Shown here one piece after another: positions 16,633 to 26,166 of a stretch of DNA of 64,000 nt. The stretch lies in contig JBPOJM010000007.1 of the NCBI GenBank assembly GCA_052033585.1, positions 9,187 to 73,186 on the forward strand, given 5' to 3'. Under the pieces are notes generated by a model, which ran no database searches, was not told the DNA's origin, and saw only the letters and a list, made by a program, of their open reading frames with translations. Source of the stretch: Patescibacteria group bacterium (GTDB lineage: Bacteria > Patescibacteriota > Patescibacteriia > 2-12-FULL-60-25). The position numbers were made by a program, and so were the translations under genes. Position 1 is the stretch's first letter. Each line of letters opens with the position of its first letter.

Positions 16633-19600
16633 TTATTCTCCCTCCGTCGCCCTCTGTGCCACCTCCGCATTCTCTATTATTACGTCCTGAGAAAGCTCAC
16701 GCTGCTCGGTAGCCAAAGGCGCGGGCTCCACAACCACAGGCACTGTCTCCTCGGGGGCGGGCGCAACAACCGGCTCCGTGCTCGAAACGACAGACTCAAT
16801 CGGCGCAACAACCGGTTGTGTACTCGTAGAAACCTCTTGCGCCACTGAAGGCGATGTCGGGTGTTGCTCCTCAGGCTCTGGTACCGTCGGCTGTGTACTT
16901 GTCGCCAACGTCTGAATCAAAGCTTCTCCCGTCGTCGTATTTACAAGCGCATAGGTTCCATCTGAACGATACACGCGTGCACCCGTCGGCGTCCCTTGCA
17001 CACTCCACGCGAACGTTACATCACGCATCTGTTTATCATGTAAGAAGATATCAAATCCAGTATCTGTATAGTTATCCGTCCACCAGCCTCCATTTACTTG
17101 TCCACGTGGTGTCACTTGAATATTCGGATAACTCAAGACCGAATCATACGCGACATGCACCCGTTTCGATCCAGCCTCCACATACGCAAACCCACGATAC
17201 GAAACCTCCTTCGCCATATCCTCCGTTTTCACCTCTTCGCTCGATACTCGATTCTCGATACTCGATACTGCTTCCTTGCCTCCCCACCACCCAGGATTCA
17301 CAAACACCTCAATCTTGCCCACACTCGATCCGTCATACGCCTCCAAAGCTAACCCTACAATTGGACCTGCTTTCGTCGCTTTTACAGCCGTTCCAGGAAT
17401 GGTAGAGGGGCCAAGCGGATCACCAATCTTAATCGCTCCATTCATAGCTGAAACTTTCGTAGGCACACGACCAGCCAGCGCAATCGGATAGGTATCCGGG
17501 TCAGGACGCCCCGCGATAAACGCAGGCTTCGTCGACACAATCCCCATAAGCAATCCCGTCTCACTCAAAGAACGTTGTACATGAAATCGTCCACGCTCAC
17601 TCGCCACCACCAAATCTCCATGCTCTAACTTATCGGGCGAATAATAGCGCTCGGCAAAGTCATACGAATCATTTGCCTGCCATCCATCTGCATTCGTCGC
17701 GATATATTGCGTCGAAGTGCTTGTATCATCGAGAAAAATATACTTCTCTTGCTGCACTCCCTGACGACCAGCAGGATACAACCGACCTCCGAGAACCATA
17801 TCCCCCGCGATAGTGGCCTTTCCCAATTGAGTAATCGCAAACACGTTAGAGGATGAGGTGTTGCGGATCACAAAGGAAGATGACGTCGGCGTTGTGACTT
17901 CCGTCAGGAGCCCAAAACTCGTTTTATTGGCCTGCATGCCATCCCAAGCACTGCCACGAAATGTAAGTCCCCAAGAATTCATCGTCGGAACTCCTGGCGT
18001 CGCGTCTGCACGCGCTTCGATAACCAAATCATCCGTTAAACGCGCCACTCGTCCATCCGTATTCAAAATAGCTCCCGCGGAGTACCCCGTCTTCACAAAC
18101 ACCTCGATCGTAGACGTGGTATTCGTTGCCTCCAAGGCATAGCCCAAAATCATCCCTGGCTTCGTTGCCTTCATAGCAACACCAGGATACTCAGATGTTG
18201 TAAGGGCATCACCAATAGCAATGGCTCCGTTCACAGGGGAAACCTTGGTCGGCACACGTCCAGTAAGAGCAACCGGCACCCCATCAGGAAGCATCCCGAG
18301 CAAGAACCCTGGCTTTGTGGAATACACGCCCGCAATCCGCGGGTCATAAGCAACCCCCGAGCTTTGCTGCATGCTCACCGGATCACTTCCAAACACCAAT
18401 ACATCCGTAGTCGTAGCATACCCTTGAAGACGATAGGATTCAGCCAAGTCAAAGGCATCACTAGAAGAAATGGTATCGTCCGCAATCAAACTATAGTGAG
18501 TTCCGGTATACCCGGGACAAGAGTTCCGATAATCCTGAGCCAAACACAATCCACTCAAACCATAGTTGAGCACCATCGAGTAAACTTTTGTCCCCGTCGC
18601 AGCAGCATTGGGACCAACCAACAACCGATCCACATACGCACCCCAAGCAGCATGTTGAACATTATAATCTGCACTGTTGGTAAAGCGCGCAACCGCAGCA
18701 GAACTAGACGTATTCACAAGTAACTGGACGGATGTTCCGGAAATTTTCGTGACACCTAATTGGGTTGTCCCAGACACGTAAAGATTACCCGTAAACGTTG
18801 AGGTCGAATAAGAGGCAACATTCAATATACCGTCCGAGTAAATCCCTCCTTGCCCAACCGTTAACCCCTGATCAACCATCAAACGACTAGAAGATACGTT
18901 CCCAAGAACGCTCAGTGACCCACTCAACGTCGACGTCCCGCTCCCACTAAAATAGAACAGCCCTGAACCCGTCACCGAACCCTGCCTATTTAAAGAAAAA
19001 ACTGTTTCGTCTTGATCGTTCACACCCCGAAGCAAGAAATCATATTGGTTCGACGTGCCACTTGATCGAACCAACAACGCGGTACGTGAACTCGTCGCCG
19101 CATTATTCTCTGTTTGATTAACCGTAAACAAATCCTGTCCTCCGCTTGCGGTGCTCGAAGCATACATCCCCTGGAGTTGTTCCGCATTAAATGCCTGCGG
19201 CACCGCACCCAATCGTTTCCGCGGACTCATTTCACTATCAGACCCAATCGTGACCCCCAAATAAATAGTATCTGTATTCCAATTCACACTATCCAACGTG
19301 TTTTGCCAAAATCCCGCCGCTGATGAGTCACCCAACAACAAACTAAACAATCCATTTTGAACCGCTACCGGTATCGCAGTCGGTAATGCCGTCGTTCCGG
19401 ACGCAGTCCATAAGGTCGTTCCCCCAGAAGCTGCAGAATATAAACTAAATTTCATTTGGTAGGTTCCATCCGTCACCGCCACTCCCGATGCATTCAAAAG
19501 CTTTCCTTGATAGCTAATCTGCCGATTAATTCCAGGTGCGGCCTGAACAAATGAGCCTTCAACAAAAATAAACAGAGCAGCAATAAAACAAAAAACCGCC

Positions 19601-19653
19601 AACCTGAATACTCGGGTAAGCCACAAAGAGCTGAAACGTCCATACACCAACAT
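16633..19653 (-). CDS. large secreted surface protein with an internally duplicated module
   Basis: 1006 aa with an N-terminal TM/signal segment. The N-terminal block 'ISYQGKLLNASGVAVTDGTYQMKFSLYSAASGGTTLW' looks tail-fibre-like. There are two copies of a 'D(L/F)AE.Y...STKP.F..G....P.AL.GRVPTKVS..NGAI.IGD.L..S..PG.A.KATK.G...G.ALEA...IEVFV' module. Confidence 0.7.
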   Translation of the reverse strand: MLVYGRFSSLWLTRVFRLAVFCFIAALFIFVEGSFVQAAPGINRQISYQGKLLNASGVAVTDGTYQMKFSLYSAASGGTTLWTASGTTALPTAIPVAVQNGLFSLLLGDSSAAGFWQNTLDSVNWNTDTIYLGVTIGSDSEMSPRKRLGAVPQAFNAEQLQGMYASSTASGGQDLFTVNQTENNAATSSRTALLVRSSGTSNQYDFLLRGVNDQDETVFSLNRQGSVTGSGLFYFSGSGTSTLSGSLSVLGNVSSSRLMVDQGLTVGQGGIYSDGILNVASYSTSTFTGNLYVSGTTQLGVTKISGTSVQLLVNTSSSAAVARFTNSADYNVQHAAWGAYVDRLLVGPNAAATGTKVYSMVLNYGLSGLCLAQDYRNSCPGYTGTHYSLIADDTISSSDAFDLAESYRLQGYATTTDVLVFGSDPVSMQQSSGVAYDPRIAGVYSTKPGFLLGMLPDGVPVALTGRVPTKVSPVNGAIAIGDALTTSEYPGVAMKATKPGMILGYALEATNTTSTIEVFVKTGYSAGAILNTDGRVARLTDDLVIEARADATPGVPTMNSWGLTFRGSAWDGMQANKTSFGLLTEVTTPTSSSFVIRNTSSSNVFAITQLGKATIAGDMVLGGRLYPAGRQGVQQEKYIFLDDTSTSTQYIATNADGWQANDSYDFAERYYSPDKLEHGDLVVASERGRFHVQRSLSETGLLMGIVSTKPAFIAGRPDPDTYPIALAGRVPTKVSAMNGAIKIGDPLGPSTIPGTAVKATKAGPIVGLALEAYDGSSVGKIEVFVNPGWWGGKEAVSSIENRVSSEEVKTEDMAKEVSYRGFAYVEAGSKRVHVAYDSVLSYPNIQVTPRGQVNGGWWTDNYTDTGFDIFLHDKQMRDVTFAWSVQGTPTGARVYRSDGTYALVNTTTGEALIQTLATSTQPTVPEPEEQHPTSPSVAQEVSTSTQPVVAPIESVVSSTEPVVAPAPEETVPVVVEPAPLATEQRELSQDVIIENAEVAQRATEGE

Positions 19654-19766
19654 ATCTTGTTTAAGTATAGACGTTTTTTCACTCTATTGTTTTTTGGCTT
19701 AGATTAAACGCTATCTATATGTACAAGAAAAACACCAGCTGTGTATATACTGTGGATAATATGTGA

Positions 19767-22700
19767 TTATCCCTTCTTTGGCTGCAAAATAATCTTTTCT
19801 GATATCACAGGATTTTTGGCTTGGGTAAGATCAAGATCAGGTGAATGATACGCCTCGTATCCGGCTTTATCCGCCATTAGCATATACACGTTAGGACCGG
19901 CAAAAAACGCATACTTGCCGTCCTTGTCTGTAATCTGGGTCTCCAGTAGTTTATGAAACCGTTTATCAAAAATACGCACCACTGTTTGACCCAGACCTCG
20001 CTTCGAGGAACCATCATAGACAATCCCCCAGTCCTTTGGTTTGGATGCCGCAGCTAAACGATAAAACAACGCAAAAGTAACGACTTGTAGAAGAAAAAAG
20101 CCCCCTGTTAACCATCCAGGCGATAAGATGAGCGACCCCAACGAAGCGACCAAGCCCACACTTGCTCCCACGCGTTGAAAGACACGAAAGCGTTTTTCCG
20201 CCGCCATCTTCTTGGGCGTTTTCTCTACAACTTCATCCGGATCCACCGGAATATTGGCGGCAACGAGCGCTCCACTCTCTTTCACCTCAATTAACTCTCC
20301 ATGATACAGGTCGATAAGCGCACCATCTTCACGGTCATTGGCTAAATACTGAGTCGGAAAACGAAATCCTTGCTTCACCACCTGCAGGCGACATGTCCCT
20401 GGCTTCACAAAAAACGAATACCGTCCCTGTGCATCCGTAATCCGTGTCTGAACCACCCGTCCCGTTCCCGCTTCTACCAAACGAACGATTGCCAAATCAA
20501 CGGGGCGTTTAGACAACGCATTGTAAACCGTTCCCCACTGCGTTCGCTTCCGTCGTCGTAATAAAAGTAATGGTTGCGTAAACAAGAAATACAAATAACG
20601 AAACACACTGGTCGCCGAGGCGGCCGTTGCCAAATTTGTGACGGCAACCGCCACAACGGCAGGCGCAACAACCTGCGTATTCGCCTCTTGCACCGCCGGC
20701 GACTCCAGAATCTCGCGCGCCGCTGCGAGCACCTGCTCAATAGGGGTAGCGACACGAAGCGAAAGTGGAACACCAAGAATATTCCCCTTCACAACAACCT
20801 CCTGATCAAAGGACAGAAATCCTTCTTTACGAACAAATAAACGATACTTCCCAGGCTCCACAAAAAACCCATATTCCCCATCTATGCCCGTAAAAAATGG
20901 ATTCGCCTGTAAAGATGTTTTTACATCCCAGGTAATAAGCCCCTCTGGTGTCTGCCGCATCACCCGAATTTCCGTCCCAGAGGCTGCCTGCTGGCCAGCT
21001 TCCTCCACTACACGAGCGCGCTGCACAAGAGAAAAAGCAGCCTTCGTTCGTGCTCGTGAACCATCCTCCAACCAAGCCTCCACTTGAACTTCTACCCTTC
21101 CCTGAGATGGCAACCGTACCGTCGTTGACCATGCTCCTGTCGCATCCTTCACGAATTGGTAGCGCGTTTCTGCCAATCGCATTTCTACTCGCTCTACACG
21201 CCGCGCTTCAATACGCTCCGGTACAACAACCTTAATAGCCTGCTGAGAAAACGCCTCAAATATTCCATTCACCGACTGAAAGACAAACGAACCACTTTCA
21301 TCCGACCAGATCGGACGCACCTCACGGATGACGCCAAAAAACGGTTCTTCAACGGGTAGTGGCAGTCCTGGCAAAGTAGTCGTCACTCCACTAGGAATCG
21401 ATGGAATGAGTGACTCCCAAGTCTGCGCAGACGCAATTGCTCCACTCGACACATTCCCATTTTGATCACGGGCAAATAGCGCGTAGTAATACGTCTGGCG
21501 CGCTAAAAGCCCGCTATCCACCACCGATTGTGCGGTTCCACGATACACTTCTCTTCCATCAGAGGGACTGGTCGCAAAACGATCATCGCGCGCGATCACA
21601 ATCACCTCAGCAAAGTCCTCTGAGACAGGATTCACCCATTCGAGAGTAACTTGCCCTTCCTGACCAATCGCACGTAAGTCAGATGGATTGGTCGGCGCCG
21701 TGACATCCGACAAGGTGCGTGCCATGATACGACGACTAACCACCTGACTCCCGGCACGAGCTGTAATGCGAAATTGATACAAGGTATCCGGCTGAAGTCC
21801 GTTTACACGCAACGTATGCGTCCGCAAAAGCGTTTCTTCCGACACACGCCAAGGATAATCATCTATCCCATACTCAAGCAGCCCAGAAGCAACACGATCC
21901 GTCTCCCAGGTTAAAACAACTGATCTCTCCTCTAAAGAGACAACGCGCGCTTCACGAAACATGAGCGTCGCGAGCCCCGATCCAGCCGTCGCCCCACCTG
22001 CTCCAGTTCCCCCACTCGTTCCGCCTACTCCACCCGCCACAGCTCCAGCTGATCCCTCTCCTGCCCCAGCCGATGGACCGACTGAAGGAACTGATGGTTC
22101 CGCAGGCGGGGTAACGGGTGGAGGAACAATGGGTGGAGGCGCAGGCTCAGACACCGGCGGAGCCGGTGGCGCAGGAGGTGGCGGCGGTCCAGCCGTCGCC
22201 CCACCTCCACCTGTATCCCCGCCTCCAGTGCTACCTCCACCTGAAGAGGTCGGTGGAACCGTGGCACTCACTGTAAGGACATCATCCGCGATGATGGGAA
22301 TAAGAACGTCTCCCGTATCACCAAATCCTCCGGCAACTGTGACAGCATACGTCGCCACCGTCGAAGGGTTGGTAATTTGCGAAACCCCTCCCGCCGACGT
22401 CCCAATCCGAACAACAACACGATGCCCCGCGACAATCTCACCCGTGGACACATCAGTTGGTGGCGTAAGCGTGATCGTTTGACCGGATATAGCAACTCCC
22501 CACACTCCCGCCGCAGCGCTTGTAGAAAGTATCTCTTGAGTCTCAAAACCTGTCGTGACCCCATGAGTTAGAGCAATATCCGCAACACTAATTGAAGACA
22601 GCGTAAACCCCGCTTCAAAAACAAGCGTCATCGTATCCGAAAGGGACTCTACTCCGGAAACAGTCACGAATTGGATCTCATGGTTAGACGGTAAACCGAT

Positions 22701-22850
22701 CTTTTGACGGGTCATGATATCTTTCACATGTGTCAAAGACGCAGCTTGCACGGATACACCCAAAAAATACAAACAACCGATGCCAAAAAAAATCACCGTC
22801 CGCAAAAAAAGAGACAACCGTAACGTCATCGAAAAGAGATGTGATATCAC
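19767..22850 (-). CDS. large surface protein: signal peptide, Ig/FN3-like regions, Pro/Gly-rich linker, TM segments and CarboxypepD_reg-like domains
   Basis: 1027 aa. It has a 'GGGSTGGGDTGGGGATAGPPPPPAPPAPP' linker, an FN3-like 'VVLTWETD...YQFRITA' and two 'ITDAQGRYSFFVKPG'/'ITDKDGKYAFFAGPN' beta-sandwich motifs separated by hydrophobic helices. Confidence 0.7.
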   Translation of the reverse strand: MISHLFSMTLRLSLFLRTVIFFGIGCLYFLGVSVQAASLTHVKDIMTRQKIGLPSNHEIQFVTVSGVESLSDTMTLVFEAGFTLSSISVADIALTHGVTTGFETQEILSTSAAAGVWGVAISGQTITLTPPTDVSTGEIVAGHRVVVRIGTSAGGVSQITNPSTVATYAVTVAGGFGDTGDVLIPIIADDVLTVSATVPPTSSGGGSTGGGDTGGGGATAGPPPPPAPPAPPVSEPAPPPIVPPPVTPPAEPSVPSVGPSAGAGEGSAGAVAGGVGGTSGGTGAGGATAGSGLATLMFREARVVSLEERSVVLTWETDRVASGLLEYGIDDYPWRVSEETLLRTHTLRVNGLQPDTLYQFRITARAGSQVVSRRIMARTLSDVTAPTNPSDLRAIGQEGQVTLEWVNPVSEDFAEVIVIARDDRFATSPSDGREVYRGTAQSVVDSGLLARQTYYYALFARDQNGNVSSGAIASAQTWESLIPSIPSGVTTTLPGLPLPVEEPFFGVIREVRPIWSDESGSFVFQSVNGIFEAFSQQAIKVVVPERIEARRVERVEMRLAETRYQFVKDATGAWSTTVRLPSQGRVEVQVEAWLEDGSRARTKAAFSLVQRARVVEEAGQQAASGTEIRVMRQTPEGLITWDVKTSLQANPFFTGIDGEYGFFVEPGKYRLFVRKEGFLSFDQEVVVKGNILGVPLSLRVATPIEQVLAAAREILESPAVQEANTQVVAPAVVAVAVTNLATAASATSVFRYLYFLFTQPLLLLRRRKRTQWGTVYNALSKRPVDLAIVRLVEAGTGRVVQTRITDAQGRYSFFVKPGTCRLQVVKQGFRFPTQYLANDREDGALIDLYHGELIEVKESGALVAANIPVDPDEVVEKTPKKMAAEKRFRVFQRVGASVGLVASLGSLILSPGWLTGGFFLLQVVTFALFYRLAAASKPKDWGIVYDGSSKRGLGQTVVRIFDKRFHKLLETQITDKDGKYAFFAGPNVYMLMADKAGYEAYHSPDLDLTQAKNPVISEKIILQPKKG

Positions 22851-22865
22851 CTCTTTTCCAAAACA

Positions 22866-23759
22866 CTACCTTCGCCGCTTTCGTATGAAGATACCCAGAA
22901 AAATAATCCCTCCTAAAACGCCTGCCGACTTCCATGGTAACACAAAAAACCAACCTGCGTCTGCTCTGGCAATAAATGGCTCATCCAGTAAAAGCTCCGC
23001 TCTATACCACCCCACCCCCCAACCATCAATCCAAGCATGTCGCCTAGTGGAAGCGAGAAAAAAACGCCGTTCTGATCGAGGCAAAATACGCGCTACCCGC
23101 TCTGCTGACTGCAGCGAAAAAGACTCTTTAATTTGTCCAAACACATTCTTAATCATTACGCGTCCGCTAGGCACCTCATGCGCCTCACCCCCATTACGCA
23201 ACACAGCCTCAAAACGCGGAGAAAAAGACGCACTCCATCTTGGGGACACACGCTGAAAAGAAGAGATTAGGAGGGATCGCCTTACATCTCCCTCGACAGT
23301 CGCAAACACCAGCACCCCAATCCGACGTCCCAACACCACCCCCTCCATCTGACGAGGATTCACGGGTTCAACAAAGATCACCGCCTGATAGCCTCCCGCC
23401 CCAACCCCTTGTGGCGGACGAAACAAAAACGGCACCGCAACCGTTGCACCAGGCGCTAATGTGACACGCGGAGTCCGTAAATATAACCAACTAGGTAAAC
23501 CCTGCGTGTCGGTCGGCGGTAAAAATACCTGCTGCCCCTGATCCCCTTGGGGCACAAACCCCTGAATACGAAAAACGTACGTCTTTTCCACTAATTCAGT
23601 ATTTTTTAAGAGAAAAACTCCACCCGTTGACTCACCGGCTCGCGCGCTCACTTCTAAAATGGGCGGACGCACTTCCATCGCCTGCGCACTTCTTCCAAGC
23701 AAGACAAAAACGGCGATACCCAGAACCAAAACAATTCTACGCCACCATACAAAGTACAT
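22866..23759 (-). CDS. cell-surface protein resembling DUF916/DUF3324 (CscA-like), C-terminal TM anchor plus KRRR
   Basis: 297 aa with a signal peptide, two beta-rich halves and the C-terminal anchor 'AGVLGGIIFLGIFIRKRRR'. The architecture matches the partner protein of Gram-positive WxL clusters. This is inference. Confidence 0.55.
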   Translation of the reverse strand: MYFVWWRRIVLVLGIAVFVLLGRSAQAMEVRPPILEVSARAGESTGGVFLLKNTELVEKTYVFRIQGFVPQGDQGQQVFLPPTDTQGLPSWLYLRTPRVTLAPGATVAVPFLFRPPQGVGAGGYQAVIFVEPVNPRQMEGVVLGRRIGVLVFATVEGDVRRSLLISSFQRVSPRWSASFSPRFEAVLRNGGEAHEVPSGRVMIKNVFGQIKESFSLQSAERVARILPRSERRFFLASTRRHAWIDGWGVGWYRAELLLDEPFIARADAGWFFVLPWKSAGVLGGIIFLGIFIRKRRR

Positions 23760-23761
23760 AC

Positions 23762-24712
23762 CTAATAGTTCGCCGTTAGGGTGTAATAAAGCGTTTGACT
23801 ATATGATCCGGCCACCGTTGAAGCGGTTGTAGATAGTTTGAACGTCATTCCCACTCTATCCCCCTCATCAGCAGACACCGCTGCACTCTGCCCCACCACA
23901 CGCTGACTAGAAGTCACCGCTATATCCACTCCTGGAGAGAACGCGTGGGTCCCTGTCACACTCATTCCATATTCTTCACTTCCCACCGAGACGGCGCCAT
24001 CAGACACGGAAGCAATCGATGCGCTACCGGAACGAAGAGATCCATCCCCTTGAAGATAGACTGTGTATCCATTTGTCGCACTAGAATCTACAGACACGGC
24101 TGCTAAAGACACATTTTGCGCCCCAGCTGTCACCGTGCCAAACGCAAGCGCAGAACTCTCTAATCGATACACAAAGTCATCCCCGCCCGACGGACTACTA
24201 CTCATACTTGCCTGATCCCCACTCCATCCATCAACAATGATGACATTACTCACGACACTTGTAACACGACCAATCGCAATCAGTTGAGAAAATCCAGCAT
24301 TTTCAACGACACCAATATAGTCACCCGTGGTCACATATCCCGCGGATGACACAGTTACCGTGCGTGCGACGGAGGAAAAACTAGAATAGGTCACCTGCGT
24401 CGCCGATTCTTGAGCACCCAATTGAAAACTCAATCGCTCCGTGGTTGATTCTGCGGCGCGATACCCTGCTCGTAACGCATACAATGCTCCTGTGCTTGTG
24501 CCATCTCCAATACCCCCCAGCGAATCATTAAGTTGATAATTCAAACTAGAGGCAAAATCATCACCGCCAATATTAATCGCATCCCAATTGATTTGGTACG
24601 TGACACTCGACATTCCGAAACCCGGCTGCACTAACAGCAAGAACAACAAAAGGACAAAAGAAACAAATCTCATCATCCTAATCATAACACATACGGACAC
24701 ATGCAACAGCAT
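23762..24712 (-). CDS. secreted protein with WxL-like C-terminus
   Basis: 316 aa with a signal peptide. The C-terminal 'AGSYSQTLYYTLTANY' resembles the terminal G.Y..TL.W.L motif of WxL domains. It lies 2 nt upstream of the DUF916-like gene. Confidence 0.5.
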   Translation of the reverse strand: MLLHVSVCVMIRMMRFVSFVLLLFLLLVQPGFGMSSVTYQINWDAINIGGDDFASSLNYQLNDSLGGIGDGTSTGALYALRAGYRAAESTTERLSFQLGAQESATQVTYSSFSSVARTVTVSSAGYVTTGDYIGVVENAGFSQLIAIGRVTSVVSNVIIVDGWSGDQASMSSSPSGGDDFVYRLESSALAFGTVTAGAQNVSLAAVSVDSSATNGYTVYLQGDGSLRSGSASIASVSDGAVSVGSEEYGMSVTGTHAFSPGVDIAVTSSQRVVGQSAAVSADEGDRVGMTFKLSTTASTVAGSYSQTLYYTLTANY

Positions 24713-24762
24713 CTAACCAAATAGAAGAAAACTATTTGCACAACCATATTCGAGAACACAAG

Positions 24763-24782
24763 ATGTGTCGTAAAATATATAA
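24763..24782 (-). promoter_or_regulatory. conserved promoter-like motif TATATATTTTACGACACAT (copy 1)
   Basis: The minus strand has TTGCAG-17-TATATT followed by a conserved TTACGACACAT, about 50-70 nt upstream of the start of the surface-protein operon (24712). Confidence 0.45.
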
Positions 24783-25788
24783 TGCTGACTAGCATTCTGC
24801 AAACAGTAAACAAAATCAACCCATAATGGGTCGCACAATAATGTTTCACGTGAAACATTCCATCAAAATTCATCCAGAAAAAAGTAAAAAGATCGAACAC
24901 GGCACGAATCCGTTGACAGCAAACACAAACATAAAAAGTACGGCTAAACGTGGTAATGAACTAGAAGAAAATGTTTCACGTGAAACAATACTCAAACTAT
25001 TCTTGAAACAAAGCCACCACTCTCAGGAAGAAGTACGGCAAGCGTCGTATAATAATGTTTCACGTGAAACATTAAGCAGAATCACACGCCTCAGAAATTC
25101 AACCAAGAAGTCGGTAGATACTTCATGTGAAACATCTATCGACAGCCCAAACCGCCAAAATCACTGATATAAACAGATCAAATTAAAGTACGAAAGTAGG
25201 CTGTGTAATGTTTCACGTGAAACATTACACGTCGCAGCACTCAAACAATAGAACAGACGCACTGCCTTAACTGACAAGCGTCGCATAATAATGTTTCACG
25301 TGAAACATTGCGCAAAATGTCGTGCCACAGAAAGTGGGCAAGGAAATCAATGAATGTTTCACGTGAAACATACATTGATAATCTGAGGCATATGAAGCAC
25401 AGAGAAAGACGGATCGATCATATATAAAAAAGAAATAACGTAATGTTTCACGTGAAACATTACGTTACCTAAAATAAGTGATAAATTCAGATCAAAAAAT
25501 TAAATAAACTTTGAGATGAGAAAAATTCATTGTATGGAATGTCAAAAATGTTTCACGTGAAACATTGCTCCATTCTATAAACCTTGTAACTGTAATGTTT
25601 CACGTGAAACATTACAGTTACAAGAAATTACAAGCTACTTAGTATAATCAATCCATTGATTGATATCGCTCAGCTATGCCTCATGCTAGAAAATTCATCA
25701 TATGAGACTCCTTAAGTACTAAAATAATAGAAATGCGGTCAATTGTTTTAGCCATAAACGGATTGCTCTACCATGCAAACATTACATA

Positions 25789-25821
25789 CAAAAAAACAAC
25801 GGCTATTGCGTTGTTTTTTTG
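25789..25821. terminator. terminator hairpin downstream of tRNA-Ala(CGC)
   Basis: caaaaaaacaac-ggctattgc-gttgtttttttg. Confidence 0.6.
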
Positions 25822-25823
25822 TA

Positions 25824-25899
25824 TGGTGGACCGAAGGAGAGTCGAACTCCTGACCTCTGCAATGCGAATGCAGCGCTCTACCAACTGAGCTATCGGCCC
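25824..25899 (-). tRNA. tRNA-Ala (anticodon CGC), CCA encoded
   Basis: The reverse complement GGGCCGATAGCTCAGTTGGTAGAGCGCTGCATTCGCATTGCAGAGGTCAGGAGTTCGACTCTCCTTCGGTCCACCA has the G3:U70 pair and a TTCGCAT anticodon loop. Confidence 0.9.
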
Positions 25900-26120
25900 A
25901 AAATTTTTCAAAATGTTTCACGTGAAACATTGCTCAACTTATAGCACTCGACAGGGGATCTAAGCTAATGTTTCACGTGAAACATTAGCTTATGTACTGT
26001 ATAACACTTTATTCTGAGAATTTGCTGCATTTGCTCAAAAAATCTGACTACCACCATCGACGCATGAGCAATGTTTCACGTGAAACATTAACAAGAATAT
26101 CCCATGAATACCACCAAAAT

Positions 26121-26140
26121 ATGCGTCGTAAAATATATAT
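26121..26140 (-). promoter_or_regulatory. conserved promoter-like motif (copy 2)
   Basis: The minus strand reads TATATATTTTACGACGCAT. It points through three parS sites toward tRNA-Ala(CGC). Confidence 0.4.
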
Positions 26141-26166
26141 CCTTGCCTGAAATGACTGAGGTAGCA

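Larger units (their letters stand above)
24842..26087. promoter_or_regulatory. parS: array of 12 perfect ParB-binding parS sites (TGTTTCACGTGAAACA)
   Basis: Perfect 16-mers lie at 24842-57, 24972-87, 25056-71, 25209-24, 25292-307, 25355-70, 25444-59, 25549-64, 25596-611, 25914-29, 25969-84 and 26072-87, plus a degenerate half-site at about 25119-25134. Most sit within the 20-mer AATGTTTCACGTGAAACATT. Confidence 0.85.

Noticed and set aside
16633-24712. A diversity-generating retroelement (common in CPR) targeting the large surface proteins.
   Set aside because: I could see no reverse transcriptase gene and no template/variable repeat pair (near-identical ~100-nt repeats differing at A positions) in the window.
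24826-25167. Track ORFs such as 24826..25167 (+), 25748..25930 (-) and 24682..24900 (-), which contain repeated 'MFHVKH'.
   Set aside because: They are translations of the parS palindrome or overlap tRNA-Ala, and their composition is not protein-like.
24826-26100. A CRISPR-like look: a short repeat recurring about 12 times with unique sequence in between.
   Set aside because: The repeat is a perfect 16-20 bp palindrome identical to the parS consensus. The 'spacers' vary from 47 to 318 bp and include tRNA genes and terminators, and no cas genes are nearby. This is a parS array, not CRISPR.
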